Counted from the stretch's first letter, positions 9,149 through 19,732 are shown. The stretch is 64,000 bases of DNA from Sedimentisphaerales bacterium (GCA_963666285.1 OY762711.1), one strand, 5' to 3'. Numbers and translations: made by a program. Notes: generated from the sequence alone by a model not told the origin.

Positions 9149-12100
9149 ATGATGAAAAAGATAGAAATAAAAAATAAACGGGGCAGTACGCTGGTGCTGG
9201 CATTAGTGCTGACGATGGTACTGTTTATAATGGGGATAGCGTTTATCTCTACTACCAGTATTCAGCGTGATATGGTGGAAAATGCTTCTGACGGTCAGTA
9301 TGTAAATGACGGGGTTGATGTTGTAGTATCGAAGATAAAAGAAGTATTGAAGAAGGATCTGTTTGAGGATAAGGCAGGCTATACCGGTTTTCTGCAGGGA
9401 GTGGCCTCTTATGATTACCCGGATGAGAATAATAAATGGCTGGCGAGCCTGACACCGGAAGAAACTTCAGATGATTGGGATAATAATAATTCCAGTGATA
9501 CTTTTTACTGCTGGCCGCGGATAACGGATTTATGGGAGAGGTTTGATTGGGATGTAAAAAGAACACTGGTTGGCACCAGTAATTACTACTGGTTAAATTA
9601 CCATTATGACCCGGACCCGTTTTTTAGGCAGGATAGAAATGGCGATGGGGCAGCGGATTACCCGCAGGCACGGTATTTTCTAAATCCGATGTCATGGCGA
9701 TATATGGTAGAGTGGGATAATGATATACCATGCCGCGTGGTAGAAGATGATGAGTCGATAAGCGATACGCTGCTGGCAGGTGGGGCTGAAGCAGATCAGT
9801 GGCTGAGTGACAGCAATGTTACCAGCGATTTTAATACTTTTTTGAATGGATTAAGTTCAAGAAATAGTTATATTGCCGATCGACTGAATTTGTACCAATC
9901 AGGCTCGAACTGGTATGATAAGGACAATACCAATCAGGCTTATGCACCTGGGTGGTCATTAAAAACTACATATCCAGACAATCCGATTGATAGTGCTGAT
10001 GGTATGCGGGCTGATGCCGATGGTGACGGGGTAGCGGACAGTCGCTGGGTGAGACTTAAGCAGATAAATTCCGAAGGTGATTATCTGTATGCGGCGGTGC
10101 GGATAATAGATAACGGCGGTATGATTAATCTGAATACGGCGTTTCGCAAGCCGGGCCATGCAAATTTTAGTGGAAGTGGGATAAATCAATACTACAATCC
10201 CTACGATGGAAGCTATGTTGATAACACAGGATTATTGAGAGCTGAAGATGCAGAATTAGATAACTGGGATGGCAGCAGTGTTTCACATATAGATGCATGG
10301 AGTTTACTGCGTGGAACAGATATAGATAATGGTTATGAATCTATTATTTTTAATGATATGTTGCATTATAAAACATTTCCATCGGTTGAATATCTTAAAG
10401 ACTATAGTTTTGCGTTGAATCAGGCGGCATGTCCTTATATCAAATATCCAAGAGAATTTGGAGATACTACCAATAATACTTTTGCCTTTGCTGCTTTAGC
10501 TCCTGCATCTGGTACTCCATATACTCTAACTGGTTTTGATTTAAATGATGAGCTGGAGCTTAGAAACAGATTCTTTTTGAGAACTAATGTTAATACTAGA
10601 GTAAAAAATGACTGGCAAGCTACTTATGGCAATCTTGAAAGCGGCTATACTCGAACAAATAAATATGATAACAGTGGTGGTATCTTTTATTATTCTACAG
10701 GTTGGAACTGGTTTGAAAAGGGAGGATTACTGCTGACAGGAGACCCGCCTAACGATATCAGACCAAATGGAAATGATCAATTTTCCCGCCGTTCTATAAC
10801 GACGACGATAAATAAAGACCGTCTGGTAAGGCCGGAATTCAGGTATAGTTCTGATATTTCAGCTAATGATTACAAAGAAGATAATATTGTTGCTAATATT
10901 AGAAATTCAACCAGATATGATCTGGATGAATTTATGAATGGTTTACGCAGATGTAATATAAATGTTAATGCCGATAGTGCAGGTAGTGTGAGCGAGAAAG
11001 ATGGTGATGGCATTGATGACAATATTATAGATTGGGACCATAACAGTTCAACAACAGCAGATCAAGTTGTTTATGATATTATTACATTAAATAATGTTAC
11101 GGCAGCATATTATATGGCAATTAAGAGCATAGATAGTGCTGAGAACGTTAACAATTTGATACGCGATCATTTTGGTGAACATGGAGTCTGGTCTGGTGGA
11201 ACTCCAACTGTATATTCATCGCATGCTTTGGATTATAATACCGAAATGCTGGCAATGCAATTTAAGGCAAATTTTGAAGATTATTTTGATTATAATTCTT
11301 CAGGTGAGGAAGAAACAATAATAGCTCTTGACGGTACTGAATATAAAGACAGCGGGGGGACTGGAAGGAATCATAAGGAAAGGTACTTTGGCTTTGAAGA
11401 TGTCGCAAGAATTGAAGATGATATCTTGTGTATATCGAAAATATCATTTTATAAGATGACGAGTAATCCTGTGTCTGAAGATTCATCATCTGGAGAACCA
11501 AAATTATCAAACGATACATTGTTGCCAAATGGAACATATTTTGCTGTTGAATTATTTAATCCATCAACTTCTTCCAAAGACAGTACTGCCGATATGAAAG
11601 ATTATTATTTGCTTATTCTTGATAATAATAATCAAGTTAAGGAAATGTTTGATTTTAATGATTTTATTGATGCTGCAAAAACTGAATACTATGGTAAAGA
11701 TGGCACAAAAGTTTTGCCAACTGTAGGTGCCGCTGGTGGAAATGATACAGTAACGATATTGTTATATGATTTGACAACTTCGCATACATATGATTCTACT
11801 GTTTCTAATAATGGTTCAAAACAATATGTAGCAGGATCTGCCGCTTATGGTTTTTTGAATACATTTCCTGTTTCAAAACTTGTTTATGAAGCTGGTGAAA
11901 ATAGGGTAGGGACTACTTTCGGCAGCGGAAGCTCAGATATGTTTTTATATATAGATGTGAGGTCGTCTGGTTTACTTGACCCTGTTGAAACCTCTACACA
12001 ACTGAGTATCGACGATAAGATCGTTTTAGTTCGTAAGGGCGGTACTGGCAGCAAAGTTGCAAGCCTATTAACCAATACAGATGATGTTTATCCATGTGAT

Positions 12101-14119
12101 GTAGTGAGTCTGGAAAGTATTCAGCATGCATTTCATGTTTATAAAGAGTTTGAGGTTAAAGAGCAGAGTGCTACCACGAATTATGATGATGCCGTAGATT
12201 TTCTTGATGAAAGATATGAAGATTCTTCAGGTAATTATCAGTCAAGAACTGCTGATAATAAGTTAAGAAATTTTATTCGTAAAACTAACTTTGGTAGTTC
12301 AGAAATACTATTGCCTGCTTATGGTAAATATAACCCTTGGACATTTGAAAGTAGTGTAGCTAATCCTCCGGGAAATACTATGCTTGCCAGAATCAATATT
12401 GAAACGGAAAGAGATAATGTCGAAAATATAAGGTGGTCTTCTCCAGGCACATATGCTTTAAGCGATCCTGACGTTATGTTATTATATGATGATTTGTCTA
12501 TAGGAGTGCATAATATGCTGGGTATGAAAATTGAGGATTTTGATTTACGCCAGTTACATGATAGGTTTTCTATTGCTTCAAATCAATGTTGGTTTAAGAG
12601 CATAGGTCAACTTCAGGATATTTTAGTTGTGGGGGCAAGATATATAGAAGCTGATATAAATAATGACGGCAATTACCCAACTGACAGTACGTTTGCGACA
12701 GGAAGTACTGATGAAATATATTTTCAGCCTTTTATCCATTCGTTGGCTAAAGCAAGACAAGCTAGTGCTGTTAATGGTTATTGTACATATAACAATACAG
12801 AGTTGATAGGTAATCCTGGTCGTATGAATCTAGGTGATGAGCTATTTGCCCGTATACCGGAATTTATGACTGTTATTGATTACAGCAGGGATGGTATCGA
12901 TAATGACGGTAATACTGATAATTTCGAGTTAGCTGCAATATGTGATGATGACATTGATCAGGATACAGACGGTGATGATGATAACACGGCAAATGAAATT
13001 GATGCTGATGAAGTATTACAATATTCCTATTACAATACAGATGGTATAGACCAGGATGGATTTGTTGATAACGTTACAGGTGGTTTGACGAATGCAGAGA
13101 GATTAGATGCAGTTGACCCTGCCAGTGGTTTTGCTGATGAAGCGGAATATATGAAGAGCCGTGTAGGGGAATATGAAGTTGATATATACGGTCGGATAAA
13201 TATCAATACAGCGCCGTGGTATGTAATAGCGAGGCTGCCGTGGGTAACAGAAGAGATGGCGCAAGCTATAGTGGCGTACAGAGATAAAAAAAGACTAGAT
13301 AATACTACGTATTATACTATAGATTCTAATTTAGCTGCTCCTGCTGTTAATTATAGTGTCGGCAGAGCTAATGGAATGTGGGATGCGGTTTTAAATCAGG
13401 CTAAACTTATTTCAATTAATGTACAAGCAATTGCAGAAGCTGAAAATGCACCATTTCAAGTTAGAGAAGAAAGAGGTTTTAGAAGTATTGGTGAGTTGAT
13501 GAATGTTACTCATGGCCTACGGGGACAATATTCTTCCAGTTTTACTACACAGTTGGCTAGAATAGTAAATTCTTTAAGTGATACAGGTAGTAACCCAAGT
13601 GCAACATTTGCAGGTGGATGGCATGAGGTGTTTAATCCAACCAATTCTAAAGAGCTAGGTTTGGTAAGGGGAATTACATATAATAATGCATTTGATATTC
13701 AACGATGGGGCAAGAGGCGTAAACGTCTAGATGCGACAAATCAAACACCTGAAGGTGATTATATGGTTCAAACAGATTCTTCTAATGGTGTAGTAAAGTC
13801 AATTAATGATAATCGTTCGACAGTAGCAAGTTCACTGTCTGGTAGCTGGACTTTAAATGATATTTCGACTGTGACACCTTTTTATGATGATGAGTTTACT
13901 GTAGCAAGTAATGATAATGAATCTAAGCAGGCCATATTCAATAAGATAAGCAACCTGATAACGACGCGCAGTGATGTATTTACGGCGTATATTCTGGTGC
14001 GGGTTGGTCGAGATGGTCCTCAGAGGCGGATGATAGGTATCTTTGACCGTAGTAATGTGTATAGCGGCGATGATGAGGTTAAGCTGCTGGCGTTGTTCCA
14101 GGTGCCGGAGACGCAGTGA
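9149..14119 (+). CDS. Giant GspK/PilX-like tip pseudopilin (1656 aa) with Asp-rich Ca-binding-like motifs
   Basis: KRG|STLVLALVL leader lacking E5, as in GspK/PilX; GMINLNTA, GRININTAPWYVIARLP and GFRSIGEL GspK/HhH-like motifs; DADGDG and DGIDNDG motifs; last gene of the operon. Confidence 0.7.
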   Translation: MMKKIEIKNKRGSTLVLALVLTMVLFIMGIAFISTTSIQRDMVENASDGQYVNDGVDVVVSKIKEVLKKDLFEDKAGYTGFLQGVASYDYPDENNKWLASLTPEETSDDWDNNNSSDTFYCWPRITDLWERFDWDVKRTLVGTSNYYWLNYHYDPDPFFRQDRNGDGAADYPQARYFLNPMSWRYMVEWDNDIPCRVVEDDESISDTLLAGGAEADQWLSDSNVTSDFNTFLNGLSSRNSYIADRLNLYQSGSNWYDKDNTNQAYAPGWSLKTTYPDNPIDSADGMRADADGDGVADSRWVRLKQINSEGDYLYAAVRIIDNGGMINLNTAFRKPGHANFSGSGINQYYNPYDGSYVDNTGLLRAEDAELDNWDGSSVSHIDAWSLLRGTDIDNGYESIIFNDMLHYKTFPSVEYLKDYSFALNQAACPYIKYPREFGDTTNNTFAFAALAPASGTPYTLTGFDLNDELELRNRFFLRTNVNTRVKNDWQATYGNLESGYTRTNKYDNSGGIFYYSTGWNWFEKGGLLLTGDPPNDIRPNGNDQFSRRSITTTINKDRLVRPEFRYSSDISANDYKEDNIVANIRNSTRYDLDEFMNGLRRCNINVNADSAGSVSEKDGDGIDDNIIDWDHNSSTTADQVVYDIITLNNVTAAYYMAIKSIDSAENVNNLIRDHFGEHGVWSGGTPTVYSSHALDYNTEMLAMQFKANFEDYFDYNSSGEEETIIALDGTEYKDSGGTGRNHKERYFGFEDVARIEDDILCISKISFYKMTSNPVSEDSSSGEPKLSNDTLLPNGTYFAVELFNPSTSSKDSTADMKDYYLLILDNNNQVKEMFDFNDFIDAAKTEYYGKDGTKVLPTVGAAGGNDTVTILLYDLTTSHTYDSTVSNNGSKQYVAGSAAYGFLNTFPVSKLVYEAGENRVGTTFGSGSSDMFLYIDVRSSGLLDPVETSTQLSIDDKIVLVRKGGTGSKVASLLTNTDDVYPCDVVSLESIQHAFHVYKEFEVKEQSATTNYDDAVDFLDERYEDSSGNYQSRTADNKLRNFIRKTNFGSSEILLPAYGKYNPWTFESSVANPPGNTMLARINIETERDNVENIRWSSPGTYALSDPDVMLLYDDLSIGVHNMLGMKIEDFDLRQLHDRFSIASNQCWFKSIGQLQDILVVGARYIEADINNDGNYPTDSTFATGSTDEIYFQPFIHSLAKARQASAVNGYCTYNNTELIGNPGRMNLGDELFARIPEFMTVIDYSRDGIDNDGNTDNFELAAICDDDIDQDTDGDDDNTANEIDADEVLQYSYYNTDGIDQDGFVDNVTGGLTNAERLDAVDPASGFADEAEYMKSRVGEYEVDIYGRININTAPWYVIARLPWVTEEMAQAIVAYRDKKRLDNTTYYTIDSNLAAPAVNYSVGRANGMWDAVLNQAKLISINVQAIAEAENAPFQVREERGFRSIGELMNVTHGLRGQYSSSFTTQLARIVNSLSDTGSNPSATFAGGWHEVFNPTNSKELGLVRGITYNNAFDIQRWGKRRKRLDATNQTPEGDYMVQTDSSNGVVKSINDNRSTVASSLSGSWTLNDISTVTPFYDDEFTVASNDNESKQAIFNKISNLITTRSDVFTAYILVRVGRDGPQRRMIGIFDRSNVYSGDDEVKLLALFQVPETQ

Positions 14120-14225
14120 TTTTAAGCTTTGCTTAAAATCAAGTGATGAGTGAAGAACTAATAGTGAAGAGTTAAGGTTGGTCCCGATGAAAACATCGGG
14201 ACCTTTGTATTTTTAAGTATGGTAT
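14117..14225 (+). repeat. Stop-overlapping hairpin + 5 heptads + GC hairpin (possible terminator of the pilin operon)
   Basis: 11-bp stem TGATTTTAAGC-TTT-GCTTAAAATCA; heptads at 14141-14175; 10-bp stem GGTCCCGATG-AAAA-CATCGGGACC followed by a T-rich tract. Confidence 0.8.
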
Positions 14226-14311
14226 TATTAAGACAGGTGTCAGTAGGTATTGGGTATTTGGTGTCAGGTATTAGGTAAGGAATTCCGCTGAGAGCGGAAA
14301 ATTCAAATATA

Positions 14312-14431
14312 TGCTTAAAATCAAGTGATGTATGCTTCGCATGTCACATGTGTGGGTGAAGAACTAATAGTGAAGAGTTAAGGTTGGTCCCGATGAAAAT
14401 ATCGGGACCTTTGTATTTTAAAGTATGGTAT
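14312..14431 (+). repeat. Second copy of the 14130-14225 module
   Basis: 14356-14431 equals 14150-14225 with 2 mismatches over 76 bp; ~24-bp insert at about 14331-14354. Confidence 0.9.
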
Positions 14432-14473
14432 CGTTGAGAAGGTATTGTTGTTATTAGGCAATATCTGTAAGTA

Positions 14474-14640
14474 ACTCAAAGTGACCGATTTCATACTTTT
14501 TTTACCATAACATATTGTAAAAGAATTCTTTATGTTAAAATTATAGCTATTCTGCCTCTTTGCGGCAATCCTTGCCTGATATCCAAGGCATAATAGCTAA
14601 TACCTCTCAAGCCGGTCATCGATAAGTTTTAGCAAGTAAT
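14474..14640 (-). repeat. ~160-bp dispersed element, copy 1
   Basis: Reverse complement aligns with 27124-27280 and 38591-38755 (GAGGTATTAG ... AAGGATTGCCGCAAAG ... TCGGTCACTTTGAG). Confidence 0.75.
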
Positions 14641-15000
14641 TTCAATCTGAAAAATTGTATACCTCCGGAATTAAAACGTCTATGAGATTATATGTTCTTA
14701 GCCTGTCGGGTTTTATGCAGAAATCTTATATTAAAACAATAATCATGCTGATGGTTTGGTGATTGGGTGGCGGTATGGTTGCCGGAAAGGATCACCAATA
14801 ATATATTTCGTCGGTGTATAAAAATCGTTCGGTTAGTTATAAAATATTGTTGAATTATTAAATGAAATTAGCTAACATCAAATAAATAAGTGAATTTTCG
14901 TATATTGTTTTAATATAATAAGTTACAGTAATAAAATCTCCAAATTGCGAAGAAAAATTACCACTTTTGGACAAGAGTTTTTCTTGGAAAGGTATAGACA

Positions 15001-16497
15001 ATGACAGCTCTAAAAAATTATGAAGTTTGGTTTGTTACAGGAAGCCAGCACCTTTATGGTCCTGAGACACTTAAGCAGGTTGATAAAGACTCTAAGCAAA
15101 TAGCTGAGGCTTTGGATAAATCACCTGAGATTCCATGTAAAGTAGTTTTCAAACCGGTATTGAAGACTCCGGATGAAATAACAAATATATGTGTCGAGGC
15201 AAATACAACACCTAATTGTATAGGTCTGGTTACGTGGATGCATACTTTCAGCCCGGCAAAAATGTGGATTAATGCATTGTCAATTCTGCAGAAGCCATTT
15301 GTTCATTTACATACGCAGTTCAATCGTGATATCCCCTGGGGTGAGATTGATATGGACTTTATGAATTTGAACCAGTCTGCTCATGGCGGTCGTGAATTTG
15401 GCTTTATTTGCAGTCGAATGAGGAAAAGCCGTAAGGTTGTTGTTGGCCATTGGCAGGAAGCAGACGTTCAGCAGAAACTGGGTGTTTGGATGCGTGCCGC
15501 AGCCGGCTGGAATGAGATGCGAAATCTGAAAGTATGCCGATTTGGTGACAATATGCGTCAGGTTGCTGTAACTGAGGGCGATAAGGTCGAAGCTCAGAAG
15601 CAGTTTGGAATGAGCGTAAATGGTTATGGTATTGGAGACCTGGTAGCAAAGATAAAAGATGTGACAGAAGCCCAGATAAAAGATCTGGTAGAGAAATATA
15701 AATCTGACTATGTTTTTAATGTTAGTGATGATTGTATGGAATCAATAACAGAATCTGCCCGGATAGAAGCAGGTATGAGGGCGTTTCTTGATGAGGGCGG
15801 TTTTAAGGCATTCACAACGACCTTTGAGGACCTTCATGGCATGTTGCAGCTGCCGGGGCTGGCAGTTCAGCGTTTGATGGCCGATGGTTATGGTTTCGGT
15901 GCCGAAGGTGACTGGAAGACAGCCGCGCTGGTTCGTGCGATGAAGGTAATGGCAACCGGGCTTGAAGGCGGTACCTCGTTTATGGAGGACTATACATACC
16001 ATCTTGACCCGGCCGATCCAAAGGTTTTGGGTGCCCATATGCTTGAAGTCTGCTCTTCAATCGCTGATGGTAAACCTTCGCTGGAGGTTCATCCGCTGGG
16101 TATCGGCGGCAAGGCTGATCCGGTGCGTGTTGTATTTAATGTTGCTCCTGGTGCCGGTCTTAACGCATCTTTGATAGATATGGGCAATCGTTTCCGTATG
16201 GTTGTCAATGCGGTAGATGTTGTTAAACCAGATGCAGACTTGCCGAAACTGCCGGTTGCTCGCGTTGTATGGGTGCCAAAACCTGATCTGAAGATTGGAG
16301 CAGCAACCTGGATTCTTGCCGGGGCTGCGCATCATTCGAGCTTTACGAAGGCGTTGACGGCTGAACATATGGAAGACTTTACTGAGATGGCAGGAATTGA
16401 ATATTTATTGATTGATGAAAATACAACTGTTTCTCAGTTTAAGAGTGAAATTCGTATTAATGAGATTTACTATATGCTTGAAAAAGGTCTGAAATAA
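15001..16497 (+). CDS. araA: L-arabinose isomerase
   Basis: [50 protein letters not shown] and GAHMLE motifs. Confidence 0.96.
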   Translation: MTALKNYEVWFVTGSQHLYGPETLKQVDKDSKQIAEALDKSPEIPCKVVFKPVLKTPDEITNICVEANTTPNCIGLVTWMHTFSPAKMWINALSILQKPFVHLHTQFNRDIPWGEIDMDFMNLNQSAHGGREFGFICSRMRKSRKVVVGHWQEADVQQKLGVWMRAAAGWNEMRNLKVCRFGDNMRQVAVTEGDKVEAQKQFGMSVNGYGIGDLVAKIKDVTEAQIKDLVEKYKSDYVFNVSDDCMESITESARIEAGMRAFLDEGGFKAFTTTFEDLHGMLQLPGLAVQRLMADGYGFGAEGDWKTAALVRAMKVMATGLEGGTSFMEDYTYHLDPADPKVLGAHMLEVCSSIADGKPSLEVHPLGIGGKADPVRVVFNVAPGAGLNASLIDMGNRFRMVVNAVDVVKPDADLPKLPVARVVWVPKPDLKIGAATWILAGAAHHSSFTKALTAEHMEDFTEMAGIEYLLIDENTTVSQFKSEIRINEIYYMLEKGLK

Positions 16498-16555
16498 TAA
16501 TAATCTTATTTCCGTAAAATATCAGCATTATTAAATGTTGAGTGTTTTGATCCAT

Positions 16556-16622
16556 AAAGGTTGAAGCATTGAGGTTTGTAGAAATATATATTTTACGATC
16601 TTCTATGTTTCAGCCTTTTTTT
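16556..16622 (+). terminator. Long imperfect hairpin + U tract after araA
   Basis: AAAGGTTGAAGCAT...ATGTTTCAGCCTTT ending in a T7 run. Confidence 0.6.
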
Positions 16623-17000
16623 ATACACTATTTTCTAATTAAACTGCCTATTGAGTTCATAGGTAGTAAACTGGGTAAAATATGCCGTTTGTAGGTATAT
16701 TCTCCTACTAATATGCTTATTAGCCTGGTTTTAATAGCTAGGATTTATTAATTGAGTCGTCTTAAGGTGTCGCTGCTGAAGTTTTTCTGATAATTAAGGT
16801 GAAAGAGAGTGTTAATTAGTATTAATTTAGGTAAATAAAACAGTGTTGTGTGCAGTAAGTGCCTTAAAATCTGTATTTTATGATTGTGATTTTATAAAAG
16901 CATTTGGAATCTAAAAGTGTTTTTGTTAGTATATAATTAGCGTAAGTAGATTAATATGTTTCCCGGTATTAGAATCATTTTTTTGGCGATATAAATTTAT

Positions 17001-19034
17001 ATGCGTTTGTGTGTATTTATATTATTATTACTAGCTGTGTTATATCAGCCGTTATCTGCAATTGTTCCAGATAACCTGATGCTGATAGTGCCCAGCGATC
17101 ATGTAAACTATAATGGTGAAGTTGGTGGTCCTATCGGCTCATTTATCTATAGTGAATACCATGACAGGTTTTATATCTCTACTTATGGCAGTGATCGCGG
17201 AATACGTTGTTTTGTTGGGGCAGACGGGCAATTTCCTGATTGGGAAACCGACGAAATAAAGGCAGAGAATAAATTGCTTACTCCTATGGGCAAGTCCTGG
17301 CAATGTGCAACAGAAAGTATGATATTGAGAGTTGCCGGTTCCCCTGATATTCTTCACGGGTATTACAATTCAAATACCTCCACATATTCCTTAATACATG
17401 GTATGGTATTGAACCCTGAGCCGGTAACTGTAAATGGTATCAATTACGATGCAGAACAATTGGCGATAATCAGTGATCACAGTATTGCATCTTCTGCTGA
17501 ATCAACAAAGAGATTTTTGACTTGGGATTTAAGAGAGATTGGTTCGCCATCCGGAAGTGATCCGAATAATTTCGACCCGAATGAATATTCCTTATTGTCT
17601 GATGAGTTTAACCCTGATAATCTTCCCGATATGGCTAACGCTGAGTACGATACGGGAGTTTTGATGACAGAAGTTCCGGAATACGCAAACAATTCCGGGT
17701 ATGGATATACCGATTGGAATGATGCATTCAACTATATTTTAACATTTGACGATTTGGCTGCGGCAATAGGTGTAGATGCAGGTACTATAGCTCAGCAAGA
17801 TTACAATAGCGATAATGTGGGTTTATGCAAACCGGCATTTTCTTCTGATGGTAGAAAGTTGTATTATGTAAGTAATGATGGTCGAGATCATGGAGAAAGA
17901 TTATTTACGGGTATTTGGTCATCTGATATAGAAAATGGCATAAATAGAAGAATATTTAATGATACCGGTGACAACGGAACGCGTGTTTCAGATAGTTATT
18001 CAGTAACAATGTCAGATCCGGCTGTATTGCCAGTTGGATTAAGAAATTTGACAGGATACCCATATGAACCTGAGCTTGATCAGGTTTTATTTAACGGCAC
18101 AGAAGTAAGCGGTAATCTTTGTGGGGTGAATTGTCTGGTAGATGATGGGAGTGAGTATCCACCGGTTCATCCTGCAATAGAGGGTAAAAAAATACTGGAT
18201 TTTTTGGGTGTGGATGTCTACGATCCTGCATTTTACGATATAAATAATAATGATCCAGCAACCTGGCCAGATGATTATGATCCAAACACAGCGGACCCAA
18301 ATTCTTTTGTAGATATTTCAAAATGGCCTCAGATTAGATCGATTACAACTGATGCCAGTGGAAATATATATTTCTTCGTTGACAAGGTTAATACCCTCTG
18401 TAAATACGATCTGAAAGGCAGATTAATTTCACTTTCCAATAGCCCTCAGCTAATAATGTTTAACAGGTCGCAGGAAACATCATCAAACTCAGTTGATGTT
18501 TTAAAACTTCAAATTCGCACGATTCAGGCCCCTTATACGATAGGTGGCGATCCTCAAGTGATTGAGCAGGTAATGTTTATGGCATCAGGAGTGCAAGGAG
18601 TTGCAGGAGTGAATGTTTACTCAGCGTGCGATTTCAGCAGGGATGGGCAAGTAACACTGGAAGATTTGAATTATTTTGGCGAGCAATACCGGATATCGCA
18701 AGATCCAAATAACATGTTGGGTATTGAAGATCCGAATTTTGTGGAATATATAAAGGCAGATATAAATGGAGATGGAGCAATAAATGCTGAAAGAACAGGG
18801 CTTATCAGGCCATCTGTTACTGAAAAAGACATAAAAGTATTATATCAATTTATATTGCCGGGAAATGTTAATTTGGATAATTGTGTAGATATGCGAGATT
18901 TTGCTACGATTTCAGCCAATTATTATTCGACGGAAGCTAAAGACTGGTCAGAAGGTGACTTCGATTTTGATCAGGATGTAGATTTTTCAGATTTTATTCT
19001 TTTCCTTTCCAGTTGGTTAGAGTATGATAATTGA
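17001..19034 (+). CDS. Secreted protein with C-terminal dockerin-like/EF-hand repeats
   Basis: Signal peptide MRLCVFILLLLAVLYQPLSA; DFSRDGQVTLED, DINGDG, NVNLDNCVDMRDF, DFDFDQDVDFSDF. Confidence 0.7.
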   Translation: MRLCVFILLLLAVLYQPLSAIVPDNLMLIVPSDHVNYNGEVGGPIGSFIYSEYHDRFYISTYGSDRGIRCFVGADGQFPDWETDEIKAENKLLTPMGKSWQCATESMILRVAGSPDILHGYYNSNTSTYSLIHGMVLNPEPVTVNGINYDAEQLAIISDHSIASSAESTKRFLTWDLREIGSPSGSDPNNFDPNEYSLLSDEFNPDNLPDMANAEYDTGVLMTEVPEYANNSGYGYTDWNDAFNYILTFDDLAAAIGVDAGTIAQQDYNSDNVGLCKPAFSSDGRKLYYVSNDGRDHGERLFTGIWSSDIENGINRRIFNDTGDNGTRVSDSYSVTMSDPAVLPVGLRNLTGYPYEPELDQVLFNGTEVSGNLCGVNCLVDDGSEYPPVHPAIEGKKILDFLGVDVYDPAFYDINNNDPATWPDDYDPNTADPNSFVDISKWPQIRSITTDASGNIYFFVDKVNTLCKYDLKGRLISLSNSPQLIMFNRSQETSSNSVDVLKLQIRTIQAPYTIGGDPQVIEQVMFMASGVQGVAGVNVYSACDFSRDGQVTLEDLNYFGEQYRISQDPNNMLGIEDPNFVEYIKADINGDGAINAERTGLIRPSVTEKDIKVLYQFILPGNVNLDNCVDMRDFATISANYYSTEAKDWSEGDFDFDQDVDFSDFILFLSSWLEYDN

Positions 19035-19732
19035 TATTTCTATTTAAAGGCAGGTATTCTCTGAAAAAAAAGACCTTAAATAATGGATTCACGCTGGTTG
19101 AATTGCTATCTGTTATAGCTATCATAGGTATATTAGTTAGTATTATGCTCCCTGCGCTAAGAGGTGCGCGAGAAAAGTCTTTTCAATCGACATGTTTGTC
19201 GCATCTACAGCAGATAGGCTATGGCGAATTTATGTATGCCATGGATAATAATGACTATTTCCCTGATAAATATACCTTAGGCGGATTTCCATTCAGGGCA
19301 GCTCCGGGATATAGAAACCCAAATGATAAATATGGTTATGAAGAAACGTTTGGCCTGGCAGCAGTTTTAGATAAATATCTTAAAACTAGCTCTAGTAATG
19401 AGTTATGGGTGTGTTCGGGTCAGACTCAATCCTGGATGCGTGAGTTGGGAAATACATATTGGGCCAGTATTGAGAGTACCTCATTTACAAATGTGAGGGA
19501 TGCCGGTGAAACGGCAATAGCCGGCGATAATTATGTCTATAAGCCTTATACTCCGGGTGTAAGGGCCAATGGTTACGAACCAGGCTTTTTGTCTGACGGC
19601 AATGCAAGCTATGACCGGTTTTTCATAGATGAAGATGAAAGATATCAGCCGCATTCGTTTGGGGTAGGCAGTAAGGGCGGAGCGAGTGTATTGTATGCCG
19701 ACTGTCATGCATCTTCGTTGAAAGAAGAATAA
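19031..19732 (+). CDS. Prepilin-type N-terminal cleavage protein (DUF1559 / H-X9-DG class); exact start uncertain
   Basis: NG|FTLVELLSVIAIIGILVSIMLPALRGARE...CLSHLQQIG; C-terminal H...VLYADCH variant of the DGH motif. Confidence 0.8.
   Translation: MIFLFKGRYSLKKKTLNNGFTLVELLSVIAIIGILVSIMLPALRGAREKSFQSTCLSHLQQIGYGEFMYAMDNNDYFPDKYTLGGFPFRAAPGYRNPNDKYGYEETFGLAAVLDKYLKTSSSNELWVCSGQTQSWMRELGNTYWASIESTSFTNVRDAGETAIAGDNYVYKPYTPGVRANGYEPGFLSDGNASYDRFFIDEDERYQPHSFGVGSKGGASVLYADCHASSLKEE

Noticed and set aside
11354..11359. Second poly-G tract in the giant pilin
   Set aside because: Only six G, too short to suggest phase variation.
4959..14119. Diversity-generating retroelement acting on the pilins
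   Set aside because: No reverse transcriptase and no template/variable repeat pair with adenine-specific mismatches is visible in this window.
14130..14431. Direct repeats with a hairpin as a possible CRISPR mini-array
   Set aside because: Only two copies, the 76-bp unit is too long, the 206-bp period is wrong, and there are no cas genes in the window.
15001..16497. araA without araB/araD as a novel pathway
   Set aside because: Dispersed sugar-pathway genes are common; the partners may lie outside the window.
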